From: Chiloscyllium plagiosum
Lineage: Eukaryota
Direction: 5' to 3'
DNA: 64,000 nucleotides
Assembly (NCBI RefSeq): GCF_004010195.1
Contig: NC_057717.1
Span: 99,903,633-99,967,632 of the forward strand
In this document: piece by piece, positions 12,160 through 26,256 of the stretch
Layout: each line of letters begins with the position of its first letter
Position numbering within the stretch: position 1 is the stretch's first letter
Notes under the pieces: generated by a model
Seen by the model: only the letters and a program-made list of their open reading frames with translations
Database searches by the model: none
Told to the model about the DNA's origin: nothing
Program-made: the position numbers and the translations under genes

Positions 12160-13150
12160 AAAATGGTAAGGTCCTGAGGAGTATTGCTGAACAGAGATCT
12201 TGGAGTTCAGGTTCATTGTTCCTGGAAAGTGGAGTTACAGGTAGATAGGATGGTGCAGAAGGCATTTGGTATACTTTTCTTTATTGGTCAGACCATTGAG
12301 TACAGGAGTTAGGATGTCATGTTGTAGCTGTACACAATGTTGATTAGGCCACTTTTGGAATTTACGTGCAATTCTTGTCTCCTTCCTGTAGAAAGGATGT
12401 TATGAAACTTGAGAGGGTTCAGAAAAGATTTACAAGGATGTTGCCAACGTTGGAGGGTTTGAGCTTTAGGGAGAGGTTGAATAGGCTGGGGCTATTTTCC
12501 CTGGAGCGTCAGAGGCTGAGAGGTGACATTATAGAGGTTTATAAAATCATGAGGGGCATGGATAGGGGAAATAGACAAGGTCCAGACAAGTAGACCAGAA
12601 TTGCACGCAATATTCCAACTGTGGCCTAACCAATGTCCTGTACAACTGCAACATGACCTCCCAACTCCTGTACACAATACTCTGACCAATAAAAGGAAGC
12701 ATACCAAACGCCTTCTTCACTATCCTATCTACCTGCGACTCCACTTTCAGGGAGACATGAACTTGCACTCCAAGGTCTCTTTATTCAGCAATACTCCCTA
12801 GGACCTTATGTAAATGACAAAAAGTAGAGGACCCAGCACCAATCCTTGTGGCACTCCACTGGTCACAGGCTTCCAGTCTGAAAAACAACCCTCCCCCATC
12901 ACCATCTGTCTTCCACCTTTGAGTCAGCTTTGTATCTAAATGACTAGTTCTCCCTGTATTCTGTGAGATCTAACCTTGCTAATCAGTTTCCCACGGAGAA
13001 CCTTGTCGAACGCCTTACTGAAGTCCATATAGGTCACATCTCCTGCTCTGCCCTCATCAATCCTCTTTGTTACTTCTTCAAATAACTCAATCAAGTTTGT
13101 GAGACATGATTTCCCATGCACAAAGCCATGTTGACCATCCCTAATCAGTC
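12160..13150. mobile_element. CR1 LINE fragments in inverted arrangement (+ 12160-12580, - 12590-13150)
   Basis: ORFs LERVQKRFTRMLP (+), YRTLVRPQLEYCVQFWS (-) and GKSCLTNLIE...YMDFSKAFDKV (-). Confidence 0.85.
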
Positions 13151-13453
13151 CAGCTGAAGGCCAAAAGTAAAATTCTATGGATGCTGAAAATTTGCGACAG
13201 AAACAGAAAATGCTGGAAAGTGTTGTTTAGGACAGAGGAATTAAGTTATCATTTTAGATGAATTGACATTTCATCAGAACTGAAGTTTGGAAATATATGA
13301 TTTGGGCAAAGCATCAAATGGTGATTATGAACCCCCAAGGATCTGCAGCTTGCAAGAGAGCAGAAAATTCAATGAAAAACATATGCAATCAATACAGACT
13401 AGTTTTAAATATGATGCAAGCTCTTAAAACTCTGCTTATTGTTGTAGATCAGG

Positions 13454-13563
13454 ATGGCTGACAAGGATTATGATAGCGCTGAGCAAAAGATGGGGAATGT
13501 CAGTGAAAACACACTGCTAACTAGTGGCATCAGGAAGAATCTCTACACAGAGGCGGATTTAAG
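13454..13563 (+). CDS. SYCE2: SYCE2 first coding exon
   Basis: Upstream acceptor ttgtag/cag, ATG at 13454, MADKDYDSAEQKMGNVSENTLLTSGIRKNLYTEADL, phase-2 donor AG|GTGAG that matches the phase of the next exon. Confidence 0.7.
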
Positions 13564-14829
13564 GTGAGGTGTTGCTATTCTGTCTTAAGCGGGAGAACAA
13601 ACAAACTGATCTACAATGTTGTTGTTCCAAAGGTGCTGGAACATTTGCTTTTTGTAGTTGTCTTGATGCTTTGTGGGCCACATTGTCTACATTTTCTGCT
13701 TGAGTTACAACTGGGAGAATCTGATGGACTTCCTGCTGTTTACACAAAGGCATGCCCGTGTATAGGAATGCACACTGTTCTGTGTAGCTATGAGTGACAG
13801 AGGGGCATTTTAACATTTAGCTCAGACAATCAATCTGAGATTGACAAATTGCTTATTGAGCTCCAAGTTAAAACATTTACAGCTATAAAAAATATATACT
13901 TTAGATGGCAGCACAGAGGCAGTGAATTTGCAGAGGTAAATTATTTCTTAATTCCAGTTTTTGTGGAGCTTTTTAAGATGAGGATTGGGAATGAAAATTT
14001 AGTAAAGATGGAGTATTTACCGAGCATTAAATACCTGGTAATTATCTGATATTTAACATAAAAAAGCAGTTATGTTTTGGTATGAAATCTTACAGGAGGA
14101 GTACTTACTTGTAAGAACTGATCAGGCTTTATTAAAAGGTGTAATGAGAAAGGTGTGAGAAAATGATACACGCCAGATACAAGTCCTGCTGTCATATTGT
14201 ACACTGGTGTTACATTGGCAAAGTTCAAACTTTGAGTACAGCTATTGCTTAAATCTGTAAACTCTTAGCATTTTTTAACATATGTCACACATTCTCCTTA
14301 TTTGGGCTTCACCATTCTCTAGTGCTTATTGGGACTAGCTAGCTAATTCTGATTTGAGCTGTTAGACCCAGAATGCTTTATCTGCTGGACTTTGACTCAT
14401 GGACTTCAGCTGAGAGCAGGACAGAAGTAAAATTTGAAACAGAAACTGAAAATGTTGGCAGTGGTTGTTTAGGACAGAACTGACATTTCAGCATATCCTC
14501 CTGCAATTTTTGCATGTCTATCTACTGTCTCACAAACACACTTAGTGATTTCTTTTGCTTGACTTGCTTTGCATGAAGCCACAGGAGGTTCACTCGTATT
14601 GATTCAAAATAATCTAAACATAAGTCTGATGCAATGCTAAAAAGCCATAAGTTAAAGTAAAATGTATACGTAACGTCTTACAGCTGTTCTTCAATGTTAA
14701 ATGCACAAATTAATTATTTTTGAAATTGTACTTTTAGAGTAGAAACTGCTGATTTTTCTGTTGGCTGATAATAGAGAACACAGTGTTCCAGGGAATATGT
14801 GTAAATCCTTAGTTAATTGACTCAGTACA

Positions 14830-15230
14830 TTAACATAGAACATTACAGCACAGTACAGGCCCTTCAGCCCTCGATGTTGCGCCGACCTGTCAAATCAATC
14901 TGAAGCCCATCTAACCTACACTATTTCATGTATGTCCATATGCTTGTCCAATGACAACTTAAATGTACTTAAAGTTGGCGAATCTACTACCGTTGCAGGC
15001 AAAGCATTCCATACCCTTACTACTCTCTGAGTAAAGAAACTACCTCCGACATCTGTCTTCTATCTATCACCCCTCAATTTACTTATCAAACACCTTGCTG
15101 AAATCCATATACACTACATCAACCGGTTTACTCTCATCTACCTGTTTGGTCACCTTCTCAAAGAACTCAATAAGGTTTGTGAGGCACCACCTACCCTTCA
15201 CAAAACCGTGCTGACTATCCCTAATCAAGA
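14830..15230 (-). mobile_element. CR1 LINE fragment (internally deleted)
   Basis: CR1 tail (aacatagaacatt...ggcccttcagccc) joined to an RT-region remnant. Confidence 0.7.
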
Positions 15231-16347
15231 TACTTGTGAAATGCTTTCAGTTAATGTACACCTCACCATCATGCAACTACGTAACTTCAAACTCGTCATG
15301 AACAATTATTTTTATTAATGAAAAAAACTGTCTCCTTCCCAGAGGATGCCTGTCCTACTCAATCCCAAATTTGGCTTTCTCCCACCTCTTCAACCTTTGC
15401 TCCATTCTGTCTATATGTTCCCTCTTTGTGTTGAAACCCTAATCCATGTCTCCATCACATCTTGATAGCACTTTTTAACACTAGTCGAACTGCTGTCCTT
15501 GCTCCAATCCTCCAGTTCGTTCAAAATTTCATAGCTCACCACTAAAGAGAATTAGAAATATCTGACATGGAAGGAAGCCATTCTGCCCATCAGGTCCACA
15601 ATGGCTGACAAGAATATATCCTGATGAATGGAGGTGATAACCTTGTATTTGAGATGAAGTTAGACAAGTTCATGAAGGAGAAGGGAAATTAGAAATGTAG
15701 ATAGAAAAAGAGTTGGAAAAGGCTAATATGGAGCATAAAAACTAGCATGCACCCATTGGGCTGAATGGCCTATATGCAAATTAAATGTGAGCTGTATTTC
15801 CACAACCCAAGCCACAATTCCAGCAGGGGAAATTTCTTCCTCTCTAATCCTGAAGGCTTAAAGTTGCTGGCTTGCTGTCAGCAAGTGGCTTGTGCTAAAT
15901 CACACACTATAATAACCTGCAATCTTGATGTATGATTCAGACTCGCATTTAGCTGGGAACAATCAAGTTTCAATCATCTCGGAAAGGTCTTCTTACCAGG
16001 AAACATATTCTAGCTTGGGAAACAGAGTGACTCTGAGAATCTATTTAAGATTGTTAGCAATGATGATCTTTTGCAGTTCCACATGCCAGATTGTGCATGC
16101 AGTGTATTAGCCTGAGCTTGGCAACACAATAATTTATGAAACACTGCCTTTTACACTGGGTTTATGTGGAGAATTGACATGAATAGAAGATGCTTAATAA
16201 TGGAACAGTCACATTGGGTTGAATTTCCATAATCTTCCCCTCTGTCCGTGGTACTTGACCGCTAATGTTTGCATCCTCTGATAGTAACACATTGATTGAA
16301 TATTCTTGGTTACCATATCAAGCTAGTTGGACTTTGTGTTTACCTGA

Positions 16348-16830
16348 TAGAGTCATAGAGATATACAGCATGGAAACAGACCCTTCAGTCCAACTTATCT
16401 ATGTCGACCAGATATCCTAAATTAATCTTGTCCCATTTGCCAGTATTTGGCCCATATTCCTCTAAATCCTTCCTGTTCATATACCCATCCAGATGTCTTT
16501 TAAATGTTGTAATTGTATCCGCCTCCTCGCCTTCCTCTGGCAGCTCATTCCATACACACACCACCCTCTGCATGAAAACGTTGCCCCTTAGGTCCCTTTT
16601 AAATCAATCCCCTCTCACCTTATTCCATCTAGTTTTGGACTCCCCTTGACTATTTACCCTATCCATGCCCCTTATGATTTTATAAACCTCTATAATGTCA
16701 CCCCTCAGCCTTTGATGCTCCAGGGAAAACAGTCCTGGCCTGTTCAGTCTCTCCCTGTATTTCTAACCCCAGCAACGTCCTTTCAATTCACAGCATCGTT
16801 CCGATAGCAGGGAAACTAGAATTTAATGCA
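16348..16830 (-). mobile_element. CR1 LINE 3' fragment
   Basis: QRVVCVWNELPEE...FKRHLDGYMN peptide and (GACTCTAT) tail. Confidence 0.85.
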
Positions 16831-17173
16831 GAGTTGATTCAATCCTTGAAGTCCAAAGCAAGTTCTCCTTTATTTGGTGTACACAGTTTAATTTACTGCC
16901 TTTGTAATTCCGAAACCTTTCTCCCTGATTCTTATGGAGAGCTTGCAGGCTTACTTGAAAACATCTTTGGGAACAATATCTAAAAATTACTCCCCAGATG
17001 TACCCTTATACAATTCTGATAGCTCATTCCTTTCTCTAAAAGGGATAGATGGTCCAGCCATAACATAGCTATGCAATACTTACATTTATTTTAATAACAC
17101 TTTATCTATAGATATCATACTCACCAGCTTATGATTTTATTTTATTGTTGTTGTATTTTTTCTCCTGTAACAG

Positions 17174-17393
17174 AGCAGAATCCTGTAGTTTAGTTGATGA
17201 AAGAACAGCAAACTCAGATTTTGAGGATTCCACGATTGATTTCAGTCACAAGCCCCCAAACTGTTTTGTGGCATCAGATTCAAGCATCGACGCCCTGTGT
17301 GAGCGAACAAAACAGCTGGTTAACGAAATAAACAAAAGTAGGATAAAGGACCACAAGTTGATGAGCAGCTTTAAAGACACTCTTATTTTGAAG
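17174..17393 (+). CDS. SYCE2: SYCE2 coding exon 2 (synaptonemal complex central element protein 2)
   Basis: cag| ... AAG|gtattt. Encodes SDSSIDALCERTKQLVNEINKSRIKDHKLMSSFKDTLILK, matching the recalled human core SLDSSIDILQKRAQELIENINKSRQKDHALMTNFRNSLKTK. Confidence 0.9.
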
Positions 17394-18039
17394 GTATTTG
17401 TACTTTTCTGAAGCCAAGAGCTGTAATTTATGCAAGGACTCGTTTTATGTGAAGAGTGCTGTGTGTTTGAAATGAGGCAATTTCACAGCCCTTTGCTCTT
17501 TATGAAATTCTGTAGCTCCTGTGAAGAACAGCCTAGATGACTCATCAACTGTTTCTTGTGTGTATCGTGTACAGCAAAGGATGTAGTGTGAATGAAGGAA
17601 GCTCCATGCAAGATCATTTACCTAGCTATGGGACTGTGGTTAGGAGTTGTTGAATTCCAGGTTGATGCTAAGTTGCTAATCTTAGTCGCTGCAATTGGCC
17701 TCGATGTTCCTAGCTGAGGCAGGGGAATAATCAGCCGTGTCTACCCCAGATCACCTGCAAGCTCTTCATAAGAATCAGGGAGAAAGGTTTTGGAATTACA
17801 AAGGCAGCAAATTAAACTGTGTGCACCAAATAAAGGAGAACTTGCTTTGGATTTCAAGGATTGTATCAACACTGCATTCAATTCTAGTCTCCCTGCTATA
17901 GGAAAGATATGAAATTGAAAGGCTTCTGAAACAATGTTGCCAGGTTAGAGATATAGGGAGAGGCTGAACAGGCTGGGGCTGTTTCCCTTCTTGGGGGGCT
18001 CATAAGAATTGTTGCTGAAAACTGGACTGGCATTAGTCA

Positions 18040-20250
18040 TCATGACATCCACTCACTCACTGTCCAGACTTGCACATGAAGATTGCCATATTGGCGTGCA
18101 TTGGCGAGGATAAGCTGGCCAAGGATACTTAACGGTTTGACGGTGGATAGGCAATGGCAGACATTTAAAGGACACATGGATGAACTTCAACAATTGTACG
18201 TCCCTGTCTGGTGTAAGAATGAAACAAGGTAGGGGGTCTTCCATAGCTAACAAGGGAAATCAGGAATAGTTTTAAAGTCAAAGAGGAGGCATACCCGAGG
18301 ACTGGGAGAAATTTAAAATTCAGCTGAAGGGGACAAAGGGTTTAATTCAGAAAGGGAAAATAGAATATGAAATTAAGCTTGTGAAACATAAAAGCTGACT
18401 GCAAAAGCTTCTATAGATATGTGAAGAGAAAAAGACTGGTGAAGACAAATATTGGTCTCTTGCAGTTAGAATCAGGTAAATTCATAATGGACAACAAAAA
18501 GATGGCAGAACAGTTGAACAAAACTTTGGATCGGTGTTCACTAAGGAGGTCACAAATGACCTTCTGGAAATGCTAGGGGACAGAGTGCAATGCATGAAGG
18601 AAGAACTGAAGGAAATCCTTATTAGTCAGGAAATGGTATTGGAGAAATTGATGGGATTAAAATCCCAGGGCCTGATGCTCTGCATCCCATAATACTTAAG
18701 GAAATGGTCCTAGAAATAGTGGAATCATTGGTGATCATTCTGTAGACTCTGGGAGAGTTCCAAAAGACTGAAGGGTAGCTAATGTAACCCCACTTTTTAA
18801 AAAAGCAGGGATAAAGGAAATGGGGAACTAAAGGCCAGTTAGTCTGACATTGGTGGTGGGGAAAATGCTGGAGTCAATCTTTAAGGATGTAATAGCTGAG
18901 CATTTGGAACACGGTGACAGAATTGATCCCAGTCAATATGGATTCACTGTAGGGAAATCATACTTGACAAATCTTCTGGAATTTTTTGAGGATGTGGCCA
19001 GTAGAGTGCACATGGGTGAATCAGTGGATGTGGTGTATCTGGACTTTAAAAAGCCTTCTAACAAGGTTCAACACAAGAGATTAGTAAGGAAAATTAAAGC
19101 TCATGGTATCGGAGGTCATGTATTGATATGGATAGAGAACTGGTTGGCAGACAGGAAGCAGAGTTGGAATAAACAGATCCTTTTCAGAGTGGCAGGCAGT
19201 GACAAACGGGGCACCGTCAGGTTCGGTGCTGGGACCACAACTGTTCACAATATACGTTAACGATTTGGACAAAGGAATTGAAAGCAGTAGCTCCACGTTT
19301 GCAGATGACACTAAGCTGGGTGGCAGTGTGTGCTGTGAGGAGGATGGTAAGAGGGTGCAGGGTGACTTGGACAGACTGGCTGAGTGGGCAGATACTTGAC
19401 AAATGCTGCATAATATGGATAAATGCGAGGTTATCCACTTTGGTGGCAAAAACAGAAAGGCAGATTATTATCTGAATGGTGACAGTTTAGGAAAAGGTGA
19501 GGTGCAACGAGACCTGGGTGTCATGGTTGAACAGTCACTGAAGATTGGCATCACGTGCAACAGGTATTGAGGAAAGGGAATGGTATGCTGGCCTTCATAG
19601 TGAGAGGATTTGAGTATCAGAGTAGGGATGTCTTGCTGCAGTTAGGCAGGGCCTCGGTGAGGCCACACCTTGAGTGTTGTGTGCGGTTTTGGTCTCCTAG
19701 TCTGAGAAAGGACATTCTTGTTATTGAGGGAGTCCAGCGCAGGTTCACCAGACCGATTCCCGGGATGGCAGGACTGACACAAGGAAAGACTGGATCGACT
19801 GGGCTTGTATTTGCTGGAATTTAGAAGAATGAGGGGGAATCACGTAGAAACATGGAAAATCCTGATGGGACTGGATAGGCTAGATACAGGAAAAGTGTTC
19901 CCGATGTGGGAGATGTCCAGAACTAAGGGGGGGGGGGGGGGGGTCACAGTCTAAGAATAAGGGTAGGCCATTCAAGACTGAGATGAGGAAGAATGTCATC
20001 ACTCAGAGTTGGGAACCTGTGGAATTCTCTCCCACAGGAAGCTATTGGGGCCAGTTCATGAGAGATATTCAAGAGGGAGCTGGAAGTGGCCCTTGCAGCT
20101 AAAGGGATGAAGGGGAATGGGGGAAAGAGGGCGGAAATGGGATACTGAGATTGCATGTGCACGATTAGGCATGATCGTATTGAATGGTGATGCAAACTCG
20201 AAGGGCCGAATGGCCTACTCCTCCATCTATTTGTAATGTTCCTACGTTTC
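18040..20250 (+). mobile_element. About 2.2-kb CR1 LINE with degraded RT domain
   Basis: QYGF..GKSYLTNLLEFFE, VYLDFKK, GSVLGPQLFTIYVNDLD, FADDTKL and VRPHLECCVRFWSP, with frameshifts. CR1 3' tail ggccgaatggcctactcct. Confidence 0.95.
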
Positions 20251-20355
20251 TGTATGAGTTAGGGATACATGTGGGCTGCAGCAAAACCAGAGCTTTAGCT
20301 TTAAATGTTGACTGGGAGAAAATCAGGGAAAGGATATAACTTATAATTTCTTAAG

Positions 20356-20550
20356 GTTTCAGAATTCTCGAAGAAGATCGAAGAAGGATTGTTTGAAATC
20401 TACAGTAGTGAGAACAAATTGATTGAGGACACACTGCAAGAGCTGTTGAACATCCTCGATAGGGTCAGATGTTTAGAGTCCGAACTTAAACAGACCTGCA
20501 CTGCCATGGCAACAGTCTACAAGGACATGTGTACTCAACCGGAAGTATAA
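20356..20550 (+). CDS. SYCE2: SYCE2 last coding exon
   Basis: taag|GTT..., VSEFSKKIEEGLFEIYSSENKLIEDTLQELLNILDRVRCLESELKQTCTAMATVYKDMCTQPEV*, similar to human LETELKQVCHSVETVYKDLCLQPE. Confidence 0.9.
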   Translation, partial: VSEFSKKIEEGLFEIYSSENKLIEDTLQELLNILDRVRCLESELKQTCTAMATVYKDMCTQPEV

Positions 20551-20915
20551 GTGGTACTTTACTACATAACGGGCTCTAGAGAATAACTATTCACATTTTT
20601 TCTTTACCTTTTCTTTAAAAGTGTTCAGTGTCGTAGGTAGAAAATGCAATTGCTTATAGGTTTCTTGGTGGCCAGTTGGCTTTCTATTAAGTAATGGGTT
20701 TTTTTTTGCAATCCAGTAAAGTTATGCTTTAGAACACAACCTCTGCAAAACTCCAGGGCCCACCCAATTTTTAACCCATTCAAAACCCATCCACTCGCTT
20801 GAGTTAAACTCAGGTCTCCCATTGCCTGAATCTACTACCTTTATTTAATTAGCACTCAGTGTGAAATTGTACTGTAGTTTCTGCTTGGCAGATTTTCTTA
20901 TATTAACAATTGTAA

Positions 20916-20921
20916 AATAAA
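20916..20921 (+). terminator. Candidate SYCE2 polyadenylation signal
   Basis: AATAAA about 365 nt after the stop, followed by a T/GT-rich tract. Confidence 0.4.
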
Positions 20922-21589
20922 TTGTTTAAGAACTGCTTTGCAGGTTGTTACATTTAAAAACAAAATGGAGGTAGTTGCACTGTTGATATAACACTGTGTG
21001 CAGTGGAATAGCTGACATACATTCAAAGCCACAATTCTCTCTCAGCCTGGTTGCAATCTAAACTATGTTGTCAAGGAGTTGGACATAAATGGGTGACAGC
21101 TACCACAAATACACACACAGCCATACTCACCTCAGGCTGCAGGCACTGTGTTAAGTTGAAAATTGTAAGGGAGGTTACTCGTTTTAAAATATATGCTAAT
21201 GATTGTAAATTGTGGTGTGTAGCTTGGTTTAAATTAAAGGTGGTTGTATTAGAAATAAACATCTGTGTTTTGCAGTGTTATATAGTTCAGCATGACAAAA
21301 AGGACTCGTTAATGGACATTCACACACTCAAGTGCTGCTGCTATGACCCTTTTATTGGTGAGAAATCAGTGTGCTGTAATGATTAATGTAATTTGGAACG
21401 CACACAATAAAAGAAATATCCCTGATGTTTATGCATCACCAGTGAGTAGCATGACTTCTGGGGATCAGGTGGCCCTCAATCAGCTATTTCCCAGGGGAAC
21501 AACTCCTGCCAACATTACCAGAGTTATCCAGAAATGGTTAGCCCTCAAACTCTCAAAAGCAGAAATTAATGGAGAAGCTTAGCAAGTCT

Positions 21590-21782
21590 GTTTTCACTCC
21601 AGAGATGCTGCCAGAGTTAATGTTTTGAGTCAAGCTATCCATCTTCAGAACTGTTGTGAAGGAAGGTCACTGGATTCAGAACATTAACTCTGCTTTCTCT
21701 CCGTAGATACTGCTGGACTTGCAGAGTTTCTCCATCAGTTTTTGTTTCAGATTTTTGGCATCCACAGCTCTTTGTTTTATTA
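21590..21782 (+). mobile_element. Degenerate PLE-derived short element with internal inversion
   Basis: gagttaatgttttgagtc...cttcagaac inverted against ...gaacattaactc, followed by the family tail ending ttttatt. Confidence 0.5.
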
Positions 21783-22339
21783 TAATGATGAGTGGGTCTC
21801 ATTGTAAGTGAGATATTTGATACAAATCAAATCATGCAAGACATCTTGGGGATGTCTAAAATAGGAAAACATTAACAAATAGTAATCCCAGCAGACTTTT
21901 CTTTCCATTGGACTTTCCTCTCATTGCCATTTAGTATTATTATGTTCGCTTGCAAGAAAACAGTTTCTGACTGGGTAGCAGATTTGCTGATGCAGCGTCA
22001 TGATGAGTGTGCATTAATTGTGCAGTTGATGAATCTGCTAATGTCATCCTGTGGCATGTTTTGGTACAACAGAAGCAAACTGATATTGGACAGAATGTTA
22101 CATAGAATTTGCTTGCTTCAACCCAGATAGTCTTTGTCAGTGTTTATTCTCTGTGCAATCTCCCCCCCCCAGCCTATTTCACCTCATCTTTTATTAAACT
22201 ACATGCAGTTAAGCAGAAGAGCGTATTAAGAGCAGTATCTATGTCAAGTCAAAATTTCCTCATTAGCTACAGCACTCAGGCACTGTTTCAATAGAAAGAG
22301 AAGACTAGATCAGGTCACCGGAGTTTTGAAGAAAGAAGT

Positions 22340-22700
22340 ATATTTCAGAAATCTAGAAAACTCTAACCGGACTAAAGAGGATAGACATGGGATATTACCA
22401 TTGACTGGAGAGTCCTAAACCAGGGGTCTTAGTGTAAAGATACGGGGTTGGTCATTTAGAACTGAGATGAGGAGAAATTGTTTGCACTCAAGAGTGGAAT
22501 TCTCTGTCTCAGGAAGCAGTTGAAGCCAAAACATTGGATGTTTTCAAGGAGTTAGATATATTTTTACGCTAAAGACATCAAAGGGTAAGGAGTGAAAGCC
22601 AGAACAAAGTATTGAGTAGGATGATCAGCTGCAATCATATTGAATGGTGGAGCAGGCTTGAAGGGCTAAATGGCTAATCCTGTTCCTATTTTCTATGTTA
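22340..22700 (+). mobile_element. CR1 LINE 3' fragment
   Basis: Typical CR1 3' end (gatgatcagc...ttgaatggtggagcaggcttgaagggctaaatggc). Confidence 0.75.
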
Positions 22701-25700
22701 CTTCATGGGTTACTGAAATTATACAAATATTTCACTGAAAAAAACAAGGCTTTCAAATAAACTTACCAGATGGATAACTATCCTCTTTATAGAATGCATG
22801 CTTATGTTGCTGGTAAATATTTTCCCTTTTTTCCCTCCAAAATAAATCAGATTCATTATTTAAATCAGAAACTTCATCAGAGTGGGTCCTTCAGTTAACA
22901 AAGTAATCAGTGTTTTCTATTGGTTTTACAAAACAGAAGAGACTGTTGCAGTTCAGTTTCTCTCACTTCAGACAGACTCAGAGTGAAAACTGTGCCGTAA
23001 CACTAAACTGGCACCTGTGACTTGTGGAGAACTTACCTTTTCTCCCCTAAAGGGAAAGTACCACAAACTCAGACCCAGATGTACAGGTTAAAACAAATCC
23101 ATTTATTTGCGACAACAATGAGATACAAGGCTTAGTGTGTAATAAATTTAGAAAATTAACCTGCAGTGAGTTAGAATATCCTCTTGCACACACTGCTTAA
23201 TATCCAGCAGGACGTCTGAGTAGTAGACTTTTGTGTATCTGTACAGCATCCATGTTGTTGAATATAGGAGGCCGATCTTCACAGAGTTCACATATCACCA
23301 GTCAGAATTAGATCAGGAATCTCCAGGTTTCTACTTCAGGGACCTTTCACTTCAATGTTCATCCACTCATTTGTTTTCCTCTCATTCCCCTAGCAGCACC
23401 GTCCCTAGCCACACAGTTCAAATGTCCCCATGAATGTCCAATCTCTGCTGCGTTTTAGAGGACAAGATACCCAATTTCAAATTACACCCATTGCTTGTGA
23501 ACTCAAGAAAAAGTACTGACGGGAGGTTATTGTTGGAGCAGAATTGACTGGGCATTGGGGAAGAAAGAACTCAGGCATAATTCTAACAACAAAATGAGCA
23601 CATGTCTACAAAGAGAATCATTATTATTCATTTCTGAAGAACTTGCAAATTGTCAAGATTTGCAGCTTCCTTTTTTTGGGGTGGGAAGAAACAAAAGAAA
23701 ACTGAAATCAAATTGAGATAACCAAATCCATATTAATATCTAGGTCTCAGCAATAGAATATGGCTTATGGAATACATTCTAAAGTGCCCATGCATTCTGA
23801 TGTTTACAGAAGAGACATTTGCTTTAGAAACACCTACAAACTGCAAATTATTTATTAAATTCTTATCTTATTGCTTATAAACATAACACAAACTTCACAA
23901 GCAATTATTTTTTGAAATGTCAGTGTTGGCAAAGGACACGGTGACACAGCACCATTTACCATCACATGTTGTTCAGCCCTACCCCACATGTACAACAATA
24001 CAGTCAGCTTTCATTCTTAGTGGGACATGGCAAAGAAAAAGTATAAAATAGGGGAAGCATCTCAATTCCAGAAGGACAAAAGAAACTCAATTGATACACC
24101 TGACAATTTCAGATTTCCACTGTGTCTGGCAGTTGAATGCAGAGGAAACTTAGCACAAGGTGGTCAGAGAGGCACAATGGGAAGGGCTTATTTGGTTTTA
24201 GAAAGTAAAATTCAAAGACTGATCTCACCAAAGTGTCAAGCCTCAAAAGATACAGATCTTGTCAGCTCGGCAATAAATCACGCAGTCTTTTGTGAAGAGG
24301 CGTATTTCACATGTCGGAAAAATGCTTTCTTTCCTTTTCATCAACCAGGAGACCAACACAACCCGAAACACATTGTCGTGTTTAAGAGTCTCCAAGGGAA
24401 GCCACTGAAGTCCTCACAGGCAGTTCCTGCTTGGAATGTGTAATGTCCCTCTCACTCTTGCCATCGAGACACACCCTACTTATAGTCCACACAGTTAAGA
24501 TTCAATGAACTCTCAAGAGACTCCATCGAATTTAAACAATTCAACGCAGTGTCAATGAACTTCTAGTCACATACCTACCCTTGTGTATTCTGAACCAGTC
24601 TGGTTCAAAATACTGTCCTTGAGCCCTGAAGACCAGACGAGGTCTTTTATTGGAAGAAGTGCTCCTAAGAGGGAATTTTGTAGCTTTTAAACTGAGTTTT
24701 GCAATTTGTTTGGGGGGGGGGGGGGATTGGATTCATGATTTTCTTTCTTCCCCACAAACCTCAAAACCATTAGCTATTAATACGACGATGGATTCCTACA
24801 TAGGGAATAGTAACTAATGGCAATCTAGGTTCATTAGATGGAGACAGAATGCAAAAGGGAAAGAGTGGGAGTCATGTCCTCCCAGTTCTGATTGGAAAGT
24901 AACATTATTGCAAAGAATAGAAGCATAAAGTACTCATTCTATCATCTGATAAATATGTGCATTTTTAGGGGATGCTAGGGTAAGCAACAAATTGTCAACA
25001 TAATTCAAAAGGTTTACGGTTGAGGACATACTGTTATGTAGCTGTTTTTTAAAAAAAATCCAAGGCACAAATGAATGAATTAATATTTCAGCACTTGTCT
25101 GACGTCGTGTTAATCCTTTCTCAAATTCAGATGCAGAGACGTTGAATGCGATACTGGATTTTCTGCGCAAGTAAACTTAAAATGTGTTAATGGTTTCAAT
25201 GTGTGGTCTAACTCTGGACTGAAGTAAAGAATAAGACAAAAAGTAAAAACTTTTAAAAAAACTCTAATTGAAAATGTCACATTCATTGTCCATTAAAAAA
25301 GTTTTTTTCAAACCTAAAGTGCTGAATTATCAATTCAGAAGCAGAACTAAAAAGAACAGAATTGTTTCAAATTAAGCAGTTTTGGAAAACTAATTGGAAA
25401 AGAACTGGGGAAATAGGATTATTGTTCTTCTTAAACACAATGAAATATAATCTGGAATGCACTCAATGATACTGAAAACAGAATCCGTAATACCTTCCAA
25501 AACGTACTTGGACAATATTCAAAAGGGAGAGTCTTGAGGAAAGAGCACAGTGCAGTGTTAATCAAATAGCTCTATTGAAAACCAGGCAGGCAAATGTCTG
25601 CCCTCTGAGCTCGGATTATACAATTAGAATAACAAGGAGTTTTGAAAGCTGAGCTACTTCTGTACCTGAAGAGGCCAAGTTGTTCAAAACAGCAGACATA

Positions 25701-25790
25701 TCATGGGCTGAGACAGAATTTGGTTGAAAACAAACTAACCAAAATCGACAAAGTGCTGATTTTCAGAAGTCATACAGCCAAGAGCTGGGA

Positions 25791-25864
25791 CTATTTCTGT
25801 ACAGTGAAAGATTGCAGACCTGTGATGGCTTTGCCAAGGATTAGGGCATGGATATCGTGAGTAC
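25791..25864 (-). CDS. GCDH: GCDH last coding exon (74 nt)
   Basis: ctcAG|GT ACT CAC..., (G)[23 protein letters not shown]. Confidence 0.95.
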
Positions 25865-26256
25865 CTGAGGAACAAATTAATAAAGAAAATATTAGGTTTA
25901 ATTAGAATGGAGATGTCTCAGAAATAATCAACAGTCCCTCTTAGCCTTTATTAAAAAGATATCATCCTCAATGATCATTGAACATTGATCATCAGCGGGC
26001 ACATTAAATCAGAGTCTGCTGGAGGGAGCAGTGCTAGACAGTTCAGAGGTAAGTGGATGTGTGACATATGTGGCCAGCAATATGTATCATGTTAGCCTGT
26101 GGCATCACTCCCACACAAACTTCACTGATCATTATTCAATTTCCCCATTCACCATTCATGGTCACTTTAATTCCAAAATTACTTTTATTGTGGTCATTAA
26201 TGGAGACTTGGTAATGTCGGAGATAGAACAAAGTCACAAAATTAATCCTGACCATA

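Noticed and set aside
19926-19943. Poly-G runs (also 59-74 and 24711-24725) as G-quadruplex elements
   Set aside because: Simple homopolymers, in one case inside a CR1, and prone to sequencing error.
24027-24443. 138-aa + strand ORF between SYCE2 and GCDH
   Set aside because: No recognisable homology or clear splice context. It probably lies antisense to the GCDH 3' UTR.
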